Part shown: positions 32,600 to 52,487 of the stretch, piece by piece
How positions within the stretch are numbered: the stretch's first letter is position 1
Layout: each line of letters opens with the position of its first letter
Assembly (NCBI RefSeq): GCF_009914755.1
Contig: NC_060930.1
Reading direction: 5' to 3' (one strand)
DNA length: 64,000 bases
Source of the DNA: the human T2T-CHM13v2.0 reference genome, Homo sapiens
Notes under the pieces: generated by a model
Told to the model about the DNA's origin: nothing
Databases searched by the model: none
Seen by the model: the letters and a program-made list of their open reading frames with translations, nothing else
Made by a program: the position numbers and the translations under genes

Positions 32600-35500
32600 A
32601 TGGTGGAATGAAATTAGAAATCAATACCAAAAGGAACTCTCAAAACTGCACAAGCGTGGCCAGGCATGGTGGCTCACACCTGTAATCCAAGCACTTTGGG
32701 AGGCCGAGGTGGGCAGATCACCTGAGGTCAGGAGTTCAAGACCAGCCTGGCCAACATGGTGAAACCCCATCTCTACTAAAAATATAAAATATTAGCTGGG
32801 TGTGATGGCGTGCGCCTGTAATCTCAGCTACTTGGAGGCTGAGACAGGAGAATCGCCTGAACCCAGGAGGCGGAGGTTGTAGTGAGCCGAGATTACACCA
32901 TAGCATTGTGGCCTGGGTGACGGAGTAAGACTCCGTCTCAAAAACAAACAAAAACTGCACAAGTACATAAAAACAAAACAGCTTGCTCCTGAATGACTCC
33001 TGGGGAAACAATGAAATTAAGGCAGAAATAAGAAAATTCTTTGAAATAAATGAAAATAGAGACATAACATACCAAAACCTTTGGGATACAGCAAAAGTAA
33101 TGTTAAGAGGAAAGTTTATAGAATAAATGCCTACACAAAAAGACAGATCTCAAATTAACAACCTAACATCGCACCTCAAGGACCTAGAAAAACAACAAAC
33201 TGAGTTCAAATCTAGAAGAAGATAAGAAATTACAAAGATCAAAGCAGAACTAAATGAGACCAAAAAATGAGAGAGGATCAATACACAAAAAGTTGGTTCA
33301 TTGAAAGAGTAAACCAAATTGACAGCTAGATTAACCAATAATGAGTAAATAAATCAAATTGGTAATAAAACATCTTCCAAAACAACAAAAAGCCCAGGAT
33401 CAGATGGATTCACAGCGAAATTCTACCAGACATACAAAGAGCTAGTATCAATCTTATTGAAACTATTCCAAAAAAACTGAAGAGGAAGGATGCCTCCCAA
33501 ACTCATTCTATAAATACAGTGTCACCCTGATACCAACAATCAGTGAAGGATACAAGAAAAAAAGAGAACTGCAGGCCAGTCTTCCTGATGAACATAGATG
33601 TGAAAATCCTCAGCAAAATACTAGCAAACCAAATCCAACAGCACATCCAAAAAAAAAAAAAAAAAAAAAAAAGCATCATGATCAAGTGGGCTTTATTCTA
33701 GGTATGTAAGGAGGATGATTCAACATACAGAAATCAATAAATGTGATTCACCACATAAACAATAGAACAAAAACTACATGATCATCTCAATAGATGCAGA
33801 GACAAACACCAGATAAAATCTAATATCCCTTCATGATGAACACCCTCAACAAACTAGGCTTTGAAGGAACATACCTCCAATAATAAAAGCCATATATTAC
33901 AAACCTACAGCCAACATCATACTGCATGGGTTAAAGTTGAAAGCATTTCCCTAAGAACTGGAAAAAAGACGAGAATGTGCACTCTCACCACGTCTATTCA
34001 ATACAGTATTGGCAGTCCTAGCCAGAGAAATCAGACAAGAGAAAGAGGTAAAAGACATCCAAATTGGAAAAGACAAAGTCAAATAATCTGTTTTGCTGAT
34101 GACACGATTGTATACCTAGAAAACCCTAAAGACTCCTCCAGAAGACTCGTAGACTTGACAAGTGAGTTCAGTAAAGTTTCAGGATACAAAATCAATATAC
34201 AAAACCCAGTGGAATCTCTATACACCAATAACATTCAAGCTGAGAACAAAATTAAGAACTCAATCCCATTTATAATAGCTACACACACACACACGCACAC
34301 ACACAGCACCTAGGAATACATTTAACCAAGGAGGTAAAAAAGAACTACAAAGCACAGAAGAAACTGCAGATGACACAAGCAAACGGAAATACATCCCATG
34401 CTTATGAACTGAATAACCAATATGATTGTTTTAAATGACCATATTGCCCAAAGCAATCTACAGATTTGATGTAATTCCTATTAATTACCATCATTTTTTC
34501 ACAGAACTGGGAAAAACAATCCTAAAATTCATATTGAACGCCCAACTCCAAAAAAAAAAAAAAAGCCTAAATAGCCAAAGCACTCCTAAGCAAAAAGAAC
34601 AAATACAGAGGCATCACATTGCTTGACTTCAAGGCTATAGTAACTGAAACAGCATGGTAGTGGTATAAAAATACACACAGGTCAATGGAACGGAATAGAG
34701 AACTGAGAAATAAAGCCACATACTTACAACTAACTGATCTCTGACAAAGTCAACAAAAATATACACTGGGGAAAGGACACCCTACTCAATAAATGGTGCT
34801 GGGAAAACTGATTTGCCTTATACAGAAGAAATAAACTAGACCCTTACCTCTCATCATATACAAAAATTAATGCAAGATGGATTAAAGACCTAAATGTAAG
34901 ACTTAAAAGTATTAAAATGCTAGAAGAAAACCTAGGAAAAACTCTTCAGAATGTTGGCCTCAGCAAAAAATTCACAATGAAGACCCTAAAAGCAAATGCA
35001 ACAAAACCAAAAATAGATAAATGGAACTGAATTAAAATTAAAGGCTTCTGCACAGCAAAATAATCAACTAAATAAACAGATAACCTACATAATGGAAAAT
35101 ATATGCAAGTTATTTCTCTGAGATAGGACTAATATTCATCAGGTACAAGGAACTAAAACAATAAGAAAAACCCCAAACAATCCCGTTACAAACTGGGAGA
35201 AAAACATGAACAGACATTTGTCAACAGAAATACAACTGACCAACAAACACGTGAAAAAGTGGTCAACGTCACTAATCATTACAGAAGTACAAAAACCACA
35301 CTGAGATACCATCTTATACCAGTCACAATGGTTATTATTAAAAAGTTGTCAAACAACAGATGATGGTGTCAATGTGTAGAAAAGGGAACATGAATACTCT
35401 CTTGGTGGGAATGTAAATTAATTCAGCCTCTATGGAAAGCAGTATAGAGATTTCTCAAAGAACTAAAAATAGAACTACCATTCAACCCAGCAATCTCATT

Positions 35501-36030
35501 ACTGGGAATCTACCCAAAGGAACAGAAATCATTATATAAAAAAGATATCTGTACATGTATGTTTATTGCAGCAATATTTACAATAGCAAATTCATGGAAC
35601 CAACCTAAGTATCTACCAACAATTGACTGGATAAAGAAAACGTGAGATATATATAGAGAGAGATATATAAATGGAGTATTATGCAACTATAAAAAAGAAT
35701 GAAATCATGTCATTTGCAGCAACATGGATAGAGCTGGAGGCCATTATCCTATGTGAACTAAATCAGACATAAAAAATAAAATATTGCATATATTCTCACT
35801 TAAAAGTAGGAGCTAAACAATGGGTACACAGAGACATAAAGATGGAGATAACAGACACTGGGGACTCCAATAGGGGAAAGAGTGTGAGCGGCAGTAAGCG
35901 TTGAAAAATTACCTGTTGGGTACAGTGTTTAATATTTGGATGATGGGTACACTAGAAGCCCAATTCCCACCATTATTCAATACACCCATGTTACAACAAG
36001 CACATGTACCCCCTGGATCTAAAATAAAAA
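32600..36030 (+). mobile_element. 5'-truncated L1PB-like element (end of EN through 3' UTR)
   Basis: ORF2 pieces including [16 protein letters not shown]; 3' end 'cacatgtaccccctggatctaaaataaaa'. Confidence 0.85.
32658..32950 (+). mobile_element. AluSx/Sz element inside the L1
   Basis: Full dimer; TSD AAAACTGCACAAG. Confidence 0.95.
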
Positions 36031-36365
36031 TTTTAAAAACCTCACATTATCAATAAAAATGTGGCGGAGTATGTTCAATTTTCTTTTCTTTCTATTTCTA
36101 GCATACAAGTGAGCCCTTCTCTGCTATAAAGGAAACTGTCCATAAATCACTTAAAATGAGACTGGTTAATGATTTTTAGTAAAATACACCATTATATGTT
36201 TTTTTTCTTATTGGTTAAAGGCAATTTATTTTGAAATGTTGCTTTGGTTGTTTGCTTTCTGGAAACATATTGGAACACTTGTTTTTCATAAGCTGTCCTG
36301 ACAGTGGCACAATCCCATCCATCTTCAGGCCTTTTAATAAGGTCATTATGAAATCTGAATTTCTA

Positions 36366-36572
36366 TTAATACTCTGGTGCATTCATTTCATCTGCAAAAG
36401 CAACTGGCACAACCACTCCTTGCCGGTGCAGCTCTCGGAGAACATCTAATATTGAGTCTAGTTCTGTGCGGAACTTCTCCAGCTCACGATTCTTTAACTG
36501 TGCCAGTCTTTTCCATTTTTCAACTTCTTTGTTTTGCTCAGTTTCTACTACTTGGTGTGTTTGCTGTATTAT
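36366..36572 (-). CDS. CEP162: Centrosomal protein 162, terminal coding exon
   Basis: AG acceptor (plus-strand CT 36573-36574); IIQQTHQVVETEQNKEVEKWKRLAQLKNRELEKFRTELDSILDVLRELHRQGVVVPVAFADEMNAPEY*; phase 0. Confidence 0.93.
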   Translation of the reverse strand: MIQQTHQVVETEQNKEVEKWKRLAQLKNRELEKFRTELDSILDVLRELHRQGVVVPVAFADEMNAPEY

Positions 36573-36742
36573 CTGCAAATACAAAAATTCCACATTGCTG
36601 TTATAGTTCATAGTGGTGGGTGAGGAACATTTAACAATCTTAAAGTAGGCAAACCTGGGGTTTCTTTGGGGAACTCAGGTAAATCATAATGCTCTGCGTG
36701 GATGCAACATTTTCTGTCTTCAAGGAGTATATACATCCCAAC

Positions 36743-37172
36743 TGTGTTAGGGACTAAATGTTTGTGTCCCCCTCAAATTCATATGTTGAATTTCCTAACC
36801 CTTAATGTGACTGTATGTGGAGTAAGGAAATAATGAATGTTAAATGAGATCATAAGGGTGGGGACTTGATTTGATAAGAACCAGTGTTTCCACCACTAGA
36901 GACACCGAAGAGATCATCACCAGAAGAGACACCAAAGTGATCTCTCGCCCCTCTTCCTCTCCTCTGCACACATGGTACTGAGGAAAGATCATGTTAGAAT
37001 GAGAAAAAAGGTGGCTATCTGCAAGCTGGAAAGAGAGCCCTCACCAGAAACCTAACTGACCAAAACCTCAATCTGGGACTTCTGGCCTACAGAACTGTGA
37101 GAAGATAAATTTTTCCTGTTTAGCCACCCAATTTATGATATTTTGTTATGTCAGCCCAAGCAGACTAATACA
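36743..37172 (+). mobile_element. MLT1A-like solo LTR
   Basis: 'tgtgtccccctcaaattcatatgttgaa...gagagccctcaccagaa...gactaataca'. Confidence 0.8.
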
Positions 37173-37673
37173 CTGTTCAAACCAAGTTAAATTTCAGCAC
37201 CAAGGCAAGTGCCTAAAAACACATCATGCCCTTACATCTGCTATTTTTAACTTCTATTAATTTATCTGTTTATAATTAAGTATAGTAATATTACTAGTGC
37301 TAGCTATATATTTTAAATAATCATATTAAAACAATTTATTTCTTATAAACATTTGCTGAAATGACTTGAATATGGAACACCATGCCTTGTTCCCAGGGTA
37401 AGATGTGTAAGTTTTTAGGAATCCATCAATAATTAAGAACATGATACAAGTTTTTGCTTTTTTTCCAGATATAAGGATACCAATCTTCAAGCACTTGAGA
37501 TATAAAGTCTCATTTTCTGGTAAAAGTTATAAATTTATTAAATTTTTAACAAGATCAAAATACACTGGAAACACTTTAAGTGGTAATTTTTGCTAGGGAT
37601 GACAAAACTATAGCAAATTAAAGGCACTTAAAAGTAAAGACCTATATAAATATGTAAATGTGATTTACTTTAC

Positions 37674-37808
37674 CTGTTGAAGTTCCTGTTCTCTTTGTGC
37701 ATGTCTCATTTCCATCTGCTTAATTTTCTTTTCTAAGCCCACGAAATGTTTCATCTCTGGTGTATGGTTTTCTTTGGCTTCTCTCAATTCTTCTAAGAGT
37801 TTTGTAAT
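37674..37808 (-). CDS. CEP162: CEP162 penultimate exon (135 nt)
   Basis: AG/GT boundaries; [45 protein letters not shown]; phase 0 at both ends. Confidence 0.93.
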
Positions 37809-39299
37809 CTAAAATTGACATATGAAGCAAATGAAAAACTATAATCACAAGAATTTAACAGGTAATCTTGAAAATCAGAATATTTGTATAAAATTTCTCT
37901 ATATAAGTAAGAGGCACCTTGGATTGTTAGAGTAATTAATAGCTTTCATTCTCTATATCCAGAAAGTAAAGGTTCCTCCTAACTCTGAGTTGACCTCACA
38001 TTCTAAGAGGTTCCGGATGAATGGACCATCTTCTACCTCCCAAGTATGGCAGTCTGGTAAAGGAGCTGAAAATGAAGTTGGCACTTTCTTTAATGCATTA
38101 AGTTTCACTACAAGGTATTGTTAGTAAGATGGTTACTTTCAGAATTTAAAAAAGTACATTTAAAGCACTCAACATAGTACAGTGCCCCATGCACAGAAAG
38201 AGTTCAATGAATATGTATTTTTCTTCTGTTAACTCCCTATAATTCTATTTGTAATTCTCTATGGCCCTTATCACTTTATAATTTGTAGTAGTTCATTCCA
38301 CAAATAAATGTATACATATAAAGTAGAAATAATGAAGTACTGAGCCCTTTCTGTGTTGACTGCTGTCTTAGGACCTGGGGATCCAGAGATTAAAGACACA
38401 GACCCCATCCTCACAGAGTGTAGTGCAGTGCCTTCATATTGAGCTTGGGAAAACAATTAATTGTATCTTCTTTATCCCATATAATCATGAAAAGAAATTC
38501 CAACAAGAATCAGATTTTGCTAATTGTTTACATCAAAAGGCAACAAAAACCAAATGAAAATGGATAGAACTAACAATAACTCTTGTTTTCTATGAAAACA
38601 CCTATTAATAACAATAATACTAATACTAAAAAATCCCAGTATCTTACCTACATTAGTTGAAAAACATGCAAAGATACAAGCAAATTAAATCAGAGGCAAT
38701 CTATTTTAAATGTGGAGCATCCCTGATGATATCATCATTGAACAAAGAACTATACAGACTATAATTGGGATGGTTTGCAGAGAGCTCAGGGAGAGGCCTC
38801 ACAGAACATGCTGTGGTGATGAGTGTTGGTTGGGCATAAAAACTGTATGTGTTAAAATAATGATTATTAAAATTATTTTTTAAAAAACTAATGACTAAAC
38901 TAAGAAAGCTGATAAAGGCATAGTCATACACAGAATGGTCAATTATTATTTCAATTCCTGTAACCTTTTTAATGGTTGAAAAATGATTTTGAGTAATATT
39001 TCCAGCTGTTACTATCTTGTGATACACCTGTTCCTGGTACACCAGTTAGGAAGCTCTGGTTTTCTGAATGAAACAGTCAAGTGAATGAGAATTCTAATAT
39101 TGTGTGCTATGATAAAGGGATGGCCAATGACTAGTGAGATAAGTGAGAACACCTGACTGGAAGAGAAGAAGGGCCACAGAGAATTCCTAAGGTGGCTGTG
39201 TTTGAATTGAGTCTTAAAGGGTAAGTAGTAGTCAGTCATTATATTATGATGTGCTAGGCATTAGGCTGAGCACTTTACAGATGTCTCATTTTTTTATTA

Positions 39300-39450
39300 A
39301 GCCTTATATATGTTTACTGTCTGACTCCTCACATAAAATGTAAGCTTCATAAGAGCAAAGATTTTTGTCTTTGTTCACCTCACTATTCCTAGCACCCAGC
39401 GCTGCCCATGGCAGAGAGGTAGGTGTTTAACAATTATTCATGAATTAATT
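39300..39450 (+). mobile_element. L2a 3' end
   Basis: 'aatgtaagcttcataagagcaaagatttttgtctttgttcac...cctagcaccca'. Confidence 0.65.
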
Positions 39451-39769
39451 AGTCCATTCACCTTTCAATGATTAAACATTCATTGGTAAATCACATAAAC
39501 TTAGAAATCTGGTTTTAGACAAATAGAGAAAATTTCCTTTTAATTGCACCTACCTAAAAGAACCTTTAAGAATATAATCAAAACTGAATATGTACATATA
39601 TTTTAAAAATCCTTGCATTTTAATGAATTATCCTCTAGAGATAACTGAATACTTAATAAGCAAACATGTATTTAAAAAATACTTCCTGCTATGTACACAT
39701 TATTTAAAAAAACTGGAAACAACCTGCATGCCAACAATAGGGGATTTGTGAAATAAATTAGTAATGATT

Positions 39770-39990
39770 AATAAGAGCCTGAGACCTAGAGTCAGAGGCA
39801 ATGGGTTCTAACGGTGGCACTTCTATATGGTGGTCGGTAAGCCACCATATAGAAGTTATTTCACTTTCCTTAGCATCAATATCTTCATCTAAAATGGGAA
39901 TAATAGTAGTAACTACTCTTTTGGTTGTGATGAGAATCAAATAAAATAAGGTATATAAAACACTTTGCACAGTTCCTAGTAAACATTAAA
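39770..39990 (+). mobile_element. MIR (target site of the L1 insertion)
   Basis: 'cttcatctaaaatgggaataatagtag...ttgtgatgagaatcaaataaaataag'. Confidence 0.7.
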
Positions 39991-39995
39991 CTTTT

Positions 39996-46114
<6,119 letters not shown>

Positions 46115-46208
46115 ATTAAACTTTTGATAAATAATTATATTATAATGCCTCTATTTTGAAATGGTATAATAGAAGTGCCAATAAAGATATATACTGTCAT
46201 GAAAAGAT

Positions 46209-46216
<8 letters not shown>

Positions 46217-46251
<35 letters not shown>
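46217..46251. repeat. (CA)n microsatellite
   Basis: Seen directly in the sequence. Confidence 0.95.
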
Positions 46252-46258
<7 letters not shown>

Positions 46259-46876
46259 GTGTTAGGTTAAAAATGCTTTGAAAATCATATGCATGCATAC
46301 ATACATACATGAACAAACATGTATTTGCATATGTACACACATGAGAACCATATCCACAATATTTGTATTTATTTATGAATAGAAAAAAATCTGGAAGGAT
46401 ATAGAGCAAAATATAACTAGGTAGTGGGATTATAGTGATTTTATACCTTCTAATTGCTAATACTAATTATTATGTATTAATAGTATAAAAACACATGCAT
46501 AGTGAATCCATGCTCAACTAAGGACAGAAATAGCATCAATAAAAAGCATAAAAGCATATATTCTTTAATGAATAAAACTGTTATCTTTTTATTACTTTAC
46601 TAAAGTAAAAAAGAGTGATTCACCCAGATGATGTCACTTAAAGGTGAGTGAAGATGCTTTCTTACTGGAGAAGACAGATATCACTGACTGCTGGCAGGAG
46701 GTGGCTCAGGTGCTGGAGTTCAAACAATCTGTGCGTAGCCCAGAGACAGACTGCTTCCCAGAGAAGACATTTGTCTTTGTTCTCTTACTTGTTGGTGAGT
46801 AATCTTAGAAACTACACATCTCAATTTAAACTGAACCACAAAATTATTCCTATTTTTATTACTTTAAACAAGCCTG

Positions 46877-47175
46877 GGCTGGTCGTGGTGGCTCACGCCT
46901 GTAATCCCAGCTCTTTGGGAGGCTGAGACGGGTGAATCACTTGAGGTCAGGGGTTCCAGACCAGCCTGGCCGACATGGTGAAACTCCATCTCTACTAAAA
47001 ACACAAAAATTAGCCGGGTGTGATGGCACAATCCTGTAATCCCAGCTACTCAGGAAGCTGAGACATAAGAATCACTTGAATGAGGGAGGCAGAGGTTGCT
47101 GTGAGCCGAGATTGTGCCACTGCACTCCAGCCTGGGCGACAACAGTAAGACTGTCTCAAAAAAACAACAAAAAAA
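46877..47175 (+). mobile_element. AluS element
   Basis: Full dimer with A-rich tail. Confidence 0.95.
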
Positions 47176-47344
47176 TGAGCCTGGTACACTGTATCTGTGT
47201 ACTTTTCAATCATGTCATGTGCCTTCGTGCTTTGTAACTATTGGCATAAGTCTTCCTGGTCACTTTGCTAGAGGAATTGTGAGTACTTACTTAATCTAGA
47301 GGGTTTAGATTCTAATTAGGTTAGCACTGAAGGAGATCCTGGGC

Positions 47345-47850
47345 ACTGTGTCTTAAGCAGCCATTCCTGCTTTCTTTGCTGACAAGGCCTTGATATTGTT
47401 CAGGTGTTCATGTGATGCTGGGGTAAATTCTGATCAGTTTTACTGTCAGTTTACTGGATAACTACTGGACAAAAACAACTGATCAGTTATAGCTGTCCAG
47501 TTTTTCTTGGCAGTGATTGGTTTAGAGGTGGGCACATGTCTTAGTCTGTTTTCTGCTGGTATAACCAAATACCACAGACATTTATTTGGCTTACAGTTCG
47601 GCATCTGGACAGTCCAAATGCATGGCACTGGCATCTGGGAAGGGCCTTTTGCTGCATTAACCCATGACAGAAGGGCAGGCAGGTGATGAGACAGAGAGGG
47701 AATGAGAACCACTGAACTTATTCTTCTATCATGAGCCCACTCCTGTGATAACTAACCCATTCCTGCTTGAACATCAACTAAATTTAAACATAAGTTTTGG
47801 CAGGGATATTCAAACCGCAGCAGCATGTGACACAGTTCTGAAGCAAAGGC
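47345..47850. mobile_element. Old MLT1-type LTR interrupted by an MST-type LTR (47537-47822, minus strand)
   Basis: 'tgtcttagtctgttttctgctggtataac...gatattcaaaccgcagca' lies within 'gtgattggtttagaggtgggca|catgtgacacagttctg'. Confidence 0.55.
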
Positions 47851-50800
47851 AGTTAGTGGGAGACATTATAGGCTATATGTATCTGTTTGATTATTTTTCT
47901 GTCCCACTGGTTAGAATGTTCCTTGACAGCAAGGACTCCAGATGTTTCACTGCTATATCTTAAGAAGCAAATAACAGGGACTGACATCTGCTCACTAAGT
48001 ATTTATTAAATCAATGAAAAAAAATGCTATGAAGGTCTTATTTAACTTGATAGCTGTAAAAACTGAGGCTGAGAGAGTTTAAAGACACTAGAAGTGGCTA
48101 TGTACAGATAACTTTTTTCTTCTGCATGAGAAACTGACCTTGGGTTCAATCACTTTTCTGTGTCTGTTCTCCCCTTGATAAAGAATGGCCATCGGCCACA
48201 CACCAGGCACCTAGGCTTGGGGGACTTTGTATGAACTGAAATACTTCATAGGAAGACAGTTTTGGGCTCTCCTGACCATGCTGACTCTTGTAACTGAGCA
48301 TGTTGTTGTGGGAGCCACCGTGCAAGGATTAGTATAAGAGATATCGGTTCTTGTGGAGCATGCGGCATCTAAACTAGCAAGGGAATAAGAGTCATACCTG
48401 GCAGGTGGTATGAGTCTTATTTCCTTGCACCTTTGTTGTCACTTGGACAGCTCCTGGACAACTATATGAACTGCTGTGAGAATGACTTGCATTGAAGAGA
48501 AATGCGTCATGCTGCCTTGCTAGCCTGCTGTTTCCTGGCCTGTATCCAGCATGCCAAGTGTGGCCTTATGGTTGTTGTGTGACTCTAAACGTTTACTTGA
48601 ACATGCTAGCGAGCCTTACAACGGCAAGTCAAGAATTTAAACCCAGATCTTATAAACCCTATGATCATTCCACTATCTGTTCATAAAACAACAGCAGCTA
48701 GCTGTAGAATATTTGCGACAAATTACAGTAAGAATTTTGATAATTCTTATGAGTGGGCCACAATAGTCCCTGGGGTCTTATTAGAGGTAAGTCTTAAATA
48801 TTTTCTATATCTTTTATAAAATATGCAGATTAAAAAAAATAAAACCCCACAAATGAAAAAATCTGTAATCAGTAAAATGTATATCCTAATAATAGAAAAA
48901 ATATGAAAATAAGCAATAATAGCATCAATCCTTAGTTATCCATAGGGATCATGAGTAAAGATTCATGTCTTTTCTCTACAACTGCAGGGTGTGAAGAAAT
49001 AAATGAACTGAAGATTTTTGCAGTCAATTAGAAGTGGAACAATAGATTGAAAAATCTATGATGAATACTAAAACACAAAAGAATATTAAAACTCTAGAAT
49101 ATTAAAACTCTAGAGTCTTAAAAAAACCCAAGGATTTGAAAAATACATGCCTGAGTTAGCATCAACGGAAGAGGTGCTGGATCCTTAATAAGATTTTCAC
49201 CCCATTGCAGCAGACATAATTTTAAAAGATGTGCTTGAAAATATTTTAGGTAACAAAGGCATGAAACATAATGAAGAGTTTAGAAACATCCTTTCAGATT
49301 TCTATAATTAATATACTAAGTGGGAATCATCTTTGCTTTATGCTGAAAACTTATAAATCATTGCTCAGTTATCTCATGGCCTATAAAATGTTAAAAACAC
49401 ATAAGCAATCAAAAGTTCACTAATGGTTTAAAATGTATAGTGTGCTTTCATCTGTGGCGATGTATAGTGTACTTTCACTTGTGGTCATGTGGAGTCAAGG
49501 GGAGACTCCTCCTTTAAATAACTAGAAAACAGCACAAAATATTTGAAACAACTGTTTTCAGACACTGGATAACAGCACTACAGACTGTGATTTCTGGGAG
49601 AAGGGAAATAAGGTGAGCTCTAGAGTTGTCCAGTTTATTGCCTGGAGGCAGTTTTGAAGCCAGTGGAAATAGCCTGAGCATTTCCTGGAGCTCACACAGA
49701 GGTGGGAATAGTTCATATTTCCACCACCCTGAGAGGAAATGCCTCATAATACACAGGACGTCAGGAGAGTCCTCAAACTAGTCTTGTCAAAACAGCTAGA
49801 ATATTACACAGAATACAGCCATTATAAATAAACTCCATATTAAAAGGTAGGTATTCCAATTAAAAGGCAGGGTGTCATTACCTTTACTCAGGACACTGAG
49901 TGCTTAGCTTTCTAGTAGTGAGGCTTAAAAATCATGTGCTGCGTCTTCTATTTTCAAGTATTTTAGATATTCTTAAAGTAAGAACTGTCTTACCATTGTA
50001 TTGCTAAATTAACAACAATTAAGTTAACTAAAACTGACTTCATTATCTTGCAAACAGGTACATATTCTTTCTTTTATTGCTTTCACTAAAAACTTTACTT
50101 CAGTTCTGAGGTTCTGTAAACTTAGTGCTTATGTTAACAAAGTTTTATGTACATCTTAAACACTGAAAAGAATGCACAATGCTGAACTAGCCTTTCAACT
50201 ACTAGAACAAGATTTTAAAAACTGACACTTGCGTAATTGTAGAGTGTTTTTACATTGATCTTTTCATAATACAATTGGCTCTATATTTTGCCTGTGAGAC
50301 TTAAATCCTTCAATAACAATAAATGGTATATATGCATCAAAGAACGGGATGTGCAGCTTTCCTGGCCTTTCACACTTTTTAGAATGAAATGGATCTTAGA
50401 ATCAAATGGAAGAAAAGCTCTCTATCCTCCTCTTTTTCTGCCTAAAAGTAGGAAATACATTTTCCTTTAGTGAAGAGGGCTCTAGATGCTTATTAGCCCA
50501 GAGATGGCACCAGAGGAATCTGCAGTACTCCATGAGTTTCCTACCATATATTTACATTCCCACAGTTTCCCACCTTTGTAGCCTAAAAACGACTTTCCTC
50601 TGTCCTTTCTTTATCTACAAATTGATTGTTCTTTGTTGAAGATGGTTTGTAAACCAGAGTTCTAAGCCACTGTTTTGAGTTACTTTTCATGAGGTTTCTC
50701 CTGTGATGTGTGCTGCACACATTAATAAATTTGTTTTTCTCTTGTTAATCTGTCTTTTGTTACAGTGGCCTGTCCCAACAGGAACTCACATGGGTTGAGA

Positions 50801-51821
50801 AAAAAAATTTTTCCTTCCTGACAGTTTTTGGCAATGCAGATGGGACTTTCTGGGATACCCCATCCACTCTGGAACCTGCAGATGAAATCCTAGCAAAACT
50901 GGCAGAAGCTGGTAAAAGGTAAGAATTCTTACCAAACTCAGCTCTCCCAGATATCTGTCTATAGCAGTCAGTCAAGAAAGGAAGGTAAAATTTTTCCTGG
51001 TCCTTCTTTTCCATATTCAGATTGGTAGGAGAAAAAAATTTGTAAAATTCTTTGAATTTGTGACTCTTGTGGGTTTGGTTTTGGCTACCTATTGGTTATT
51101 ATTTTTAGCCTCCTTGAAAAGGTCATTGTTTTCCATTGTCTTTTGCATCATTTGTTGTGAGAAGGAGAATCACAGGACAGAACACAGACATAGGTCATAT
51201 AAGCCTGTTGTTCCAGCCACCCTCTCAGGCTGGTGTGTTCACGGTTCTCACCAGACTGGTGTCTGTTTAGACAAACTTTGCTGTGGGTCCCCAGTAAGAA
51301 AAAGAAAGGATGAGGTTCACCTTTTATCTTGTTTTATGTCCTGAGAGCTTGGCTTTCATGACCACTGAGAACACTGGTCTCTGGTCTCTGCCAGGTGCAG
51401 GGGCACAAGCATTGGCTTGTGTCAGGCAGCCAGGTGAACAGGGTGGGAACCCAAGACACAAGTGACAAGTGGTGTTCTCTTTGTTTGATGCAGCTCAGGG
51501 GAGTTTGTCTTAATAAGAGACGGCAGTCCATTAGGAGCCTTTGGCGTTTCAAACTTTGTTGTTTGGTTGATACTGGGAGAGTCCTATCCCAGCAGTGCCT
51601 GTGTGGTGTCACAGATTAGCAGGTCTATGACTGGAGGTGTCTCTGTGGGAGGCTTGAAACACCATTTTCACACAACTCTTCTGTCTGCAGAGCAATGAAG
51701 GTCTTTGTTTTCTTAGGCTATCTTTGGGAGAAACTTTGGATATCGAGGGAGATTTGATCTTTTGCAGACTTTTTTGAGGAAGCCTCCGGCAACCATGGTT
51801 AAGCTACAAAAGGCTTCTTGG

Positions 51822-52121
51822 TTTTTTGTTTGTTTTTCGTAGAGACAGGGTCTTGCTCTGTCACCCAGGCTGGGGTACAGTGGCACAATCAGCTCACTGA
51901 AGCCTTGAACTCCTGGGCTTAACCAATCCTCTCACCTCAACCTCTTGAGTAGCTGGGACTACAGGCGCATGTTACTGCACAGGCTAATTTTTGTATTTTT
52001 TATAGAGATGATGTCTCGTCATATTGCCCAGGCTGGTTTCAAACTCCTGGCCTTGGGAGATCCTCTCACCTCAGTCTCCCAAAATGCTAGGATTTACAGG
52101 CGTGAGTCACTTTGCCTGGCT
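51822..52121 (-). mobile_element. AluJ element inside the ERV
   Basis: Diverged reverse Alu dimer. Confidence 0.9.
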
Positions 52122-52161
52122 GACTTGTTTTAAACCATAAAAATAGCTTACTGGTCTAGAG

Positions 52162-52487
52162 CAGCAGTTCCCAGACTTTTTGGTACCAGGGACTGGTTTT
52201 GTGGAAGACAATTCTTCCACGGAAAGAGGGAGGATGGTTTTGGGATGATTCAAGCTCATCACATTTATCATTAGATTCTCTTATATAAGCCCACAACCTA
52301 GATCACTTGCATGTGCAGTTCACAATTGGGTTCACGCTCCTATGAGAATCTAATGCCGCCACTGATCTGACAGGAGGCGGAGATCAGGCAGTAATGCTCA
52401 CTCGCCCCCTGCTCATCTGCTGAGAGGCCTGGTTCCTAACAGGCCATGAACTGGTACTGGTTTGTGGCCCAGGGTTGGGGACCCCTG
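52162..52487. mobile_element. MER1B hAT MITE
   Basis: TIRs cagcagttccc / ggggacccctg; 8-bp TSD GTCTAGA(G/A). Confidence 0.88.

Noticed and set aside
36573-36611. N-terminal extension of ORF 36366..36611 (and the flanks of ORF 60762..61025)
   Set aside because: Intronic read-through beyond clear AG/GT splice sites of CEP162 exons.
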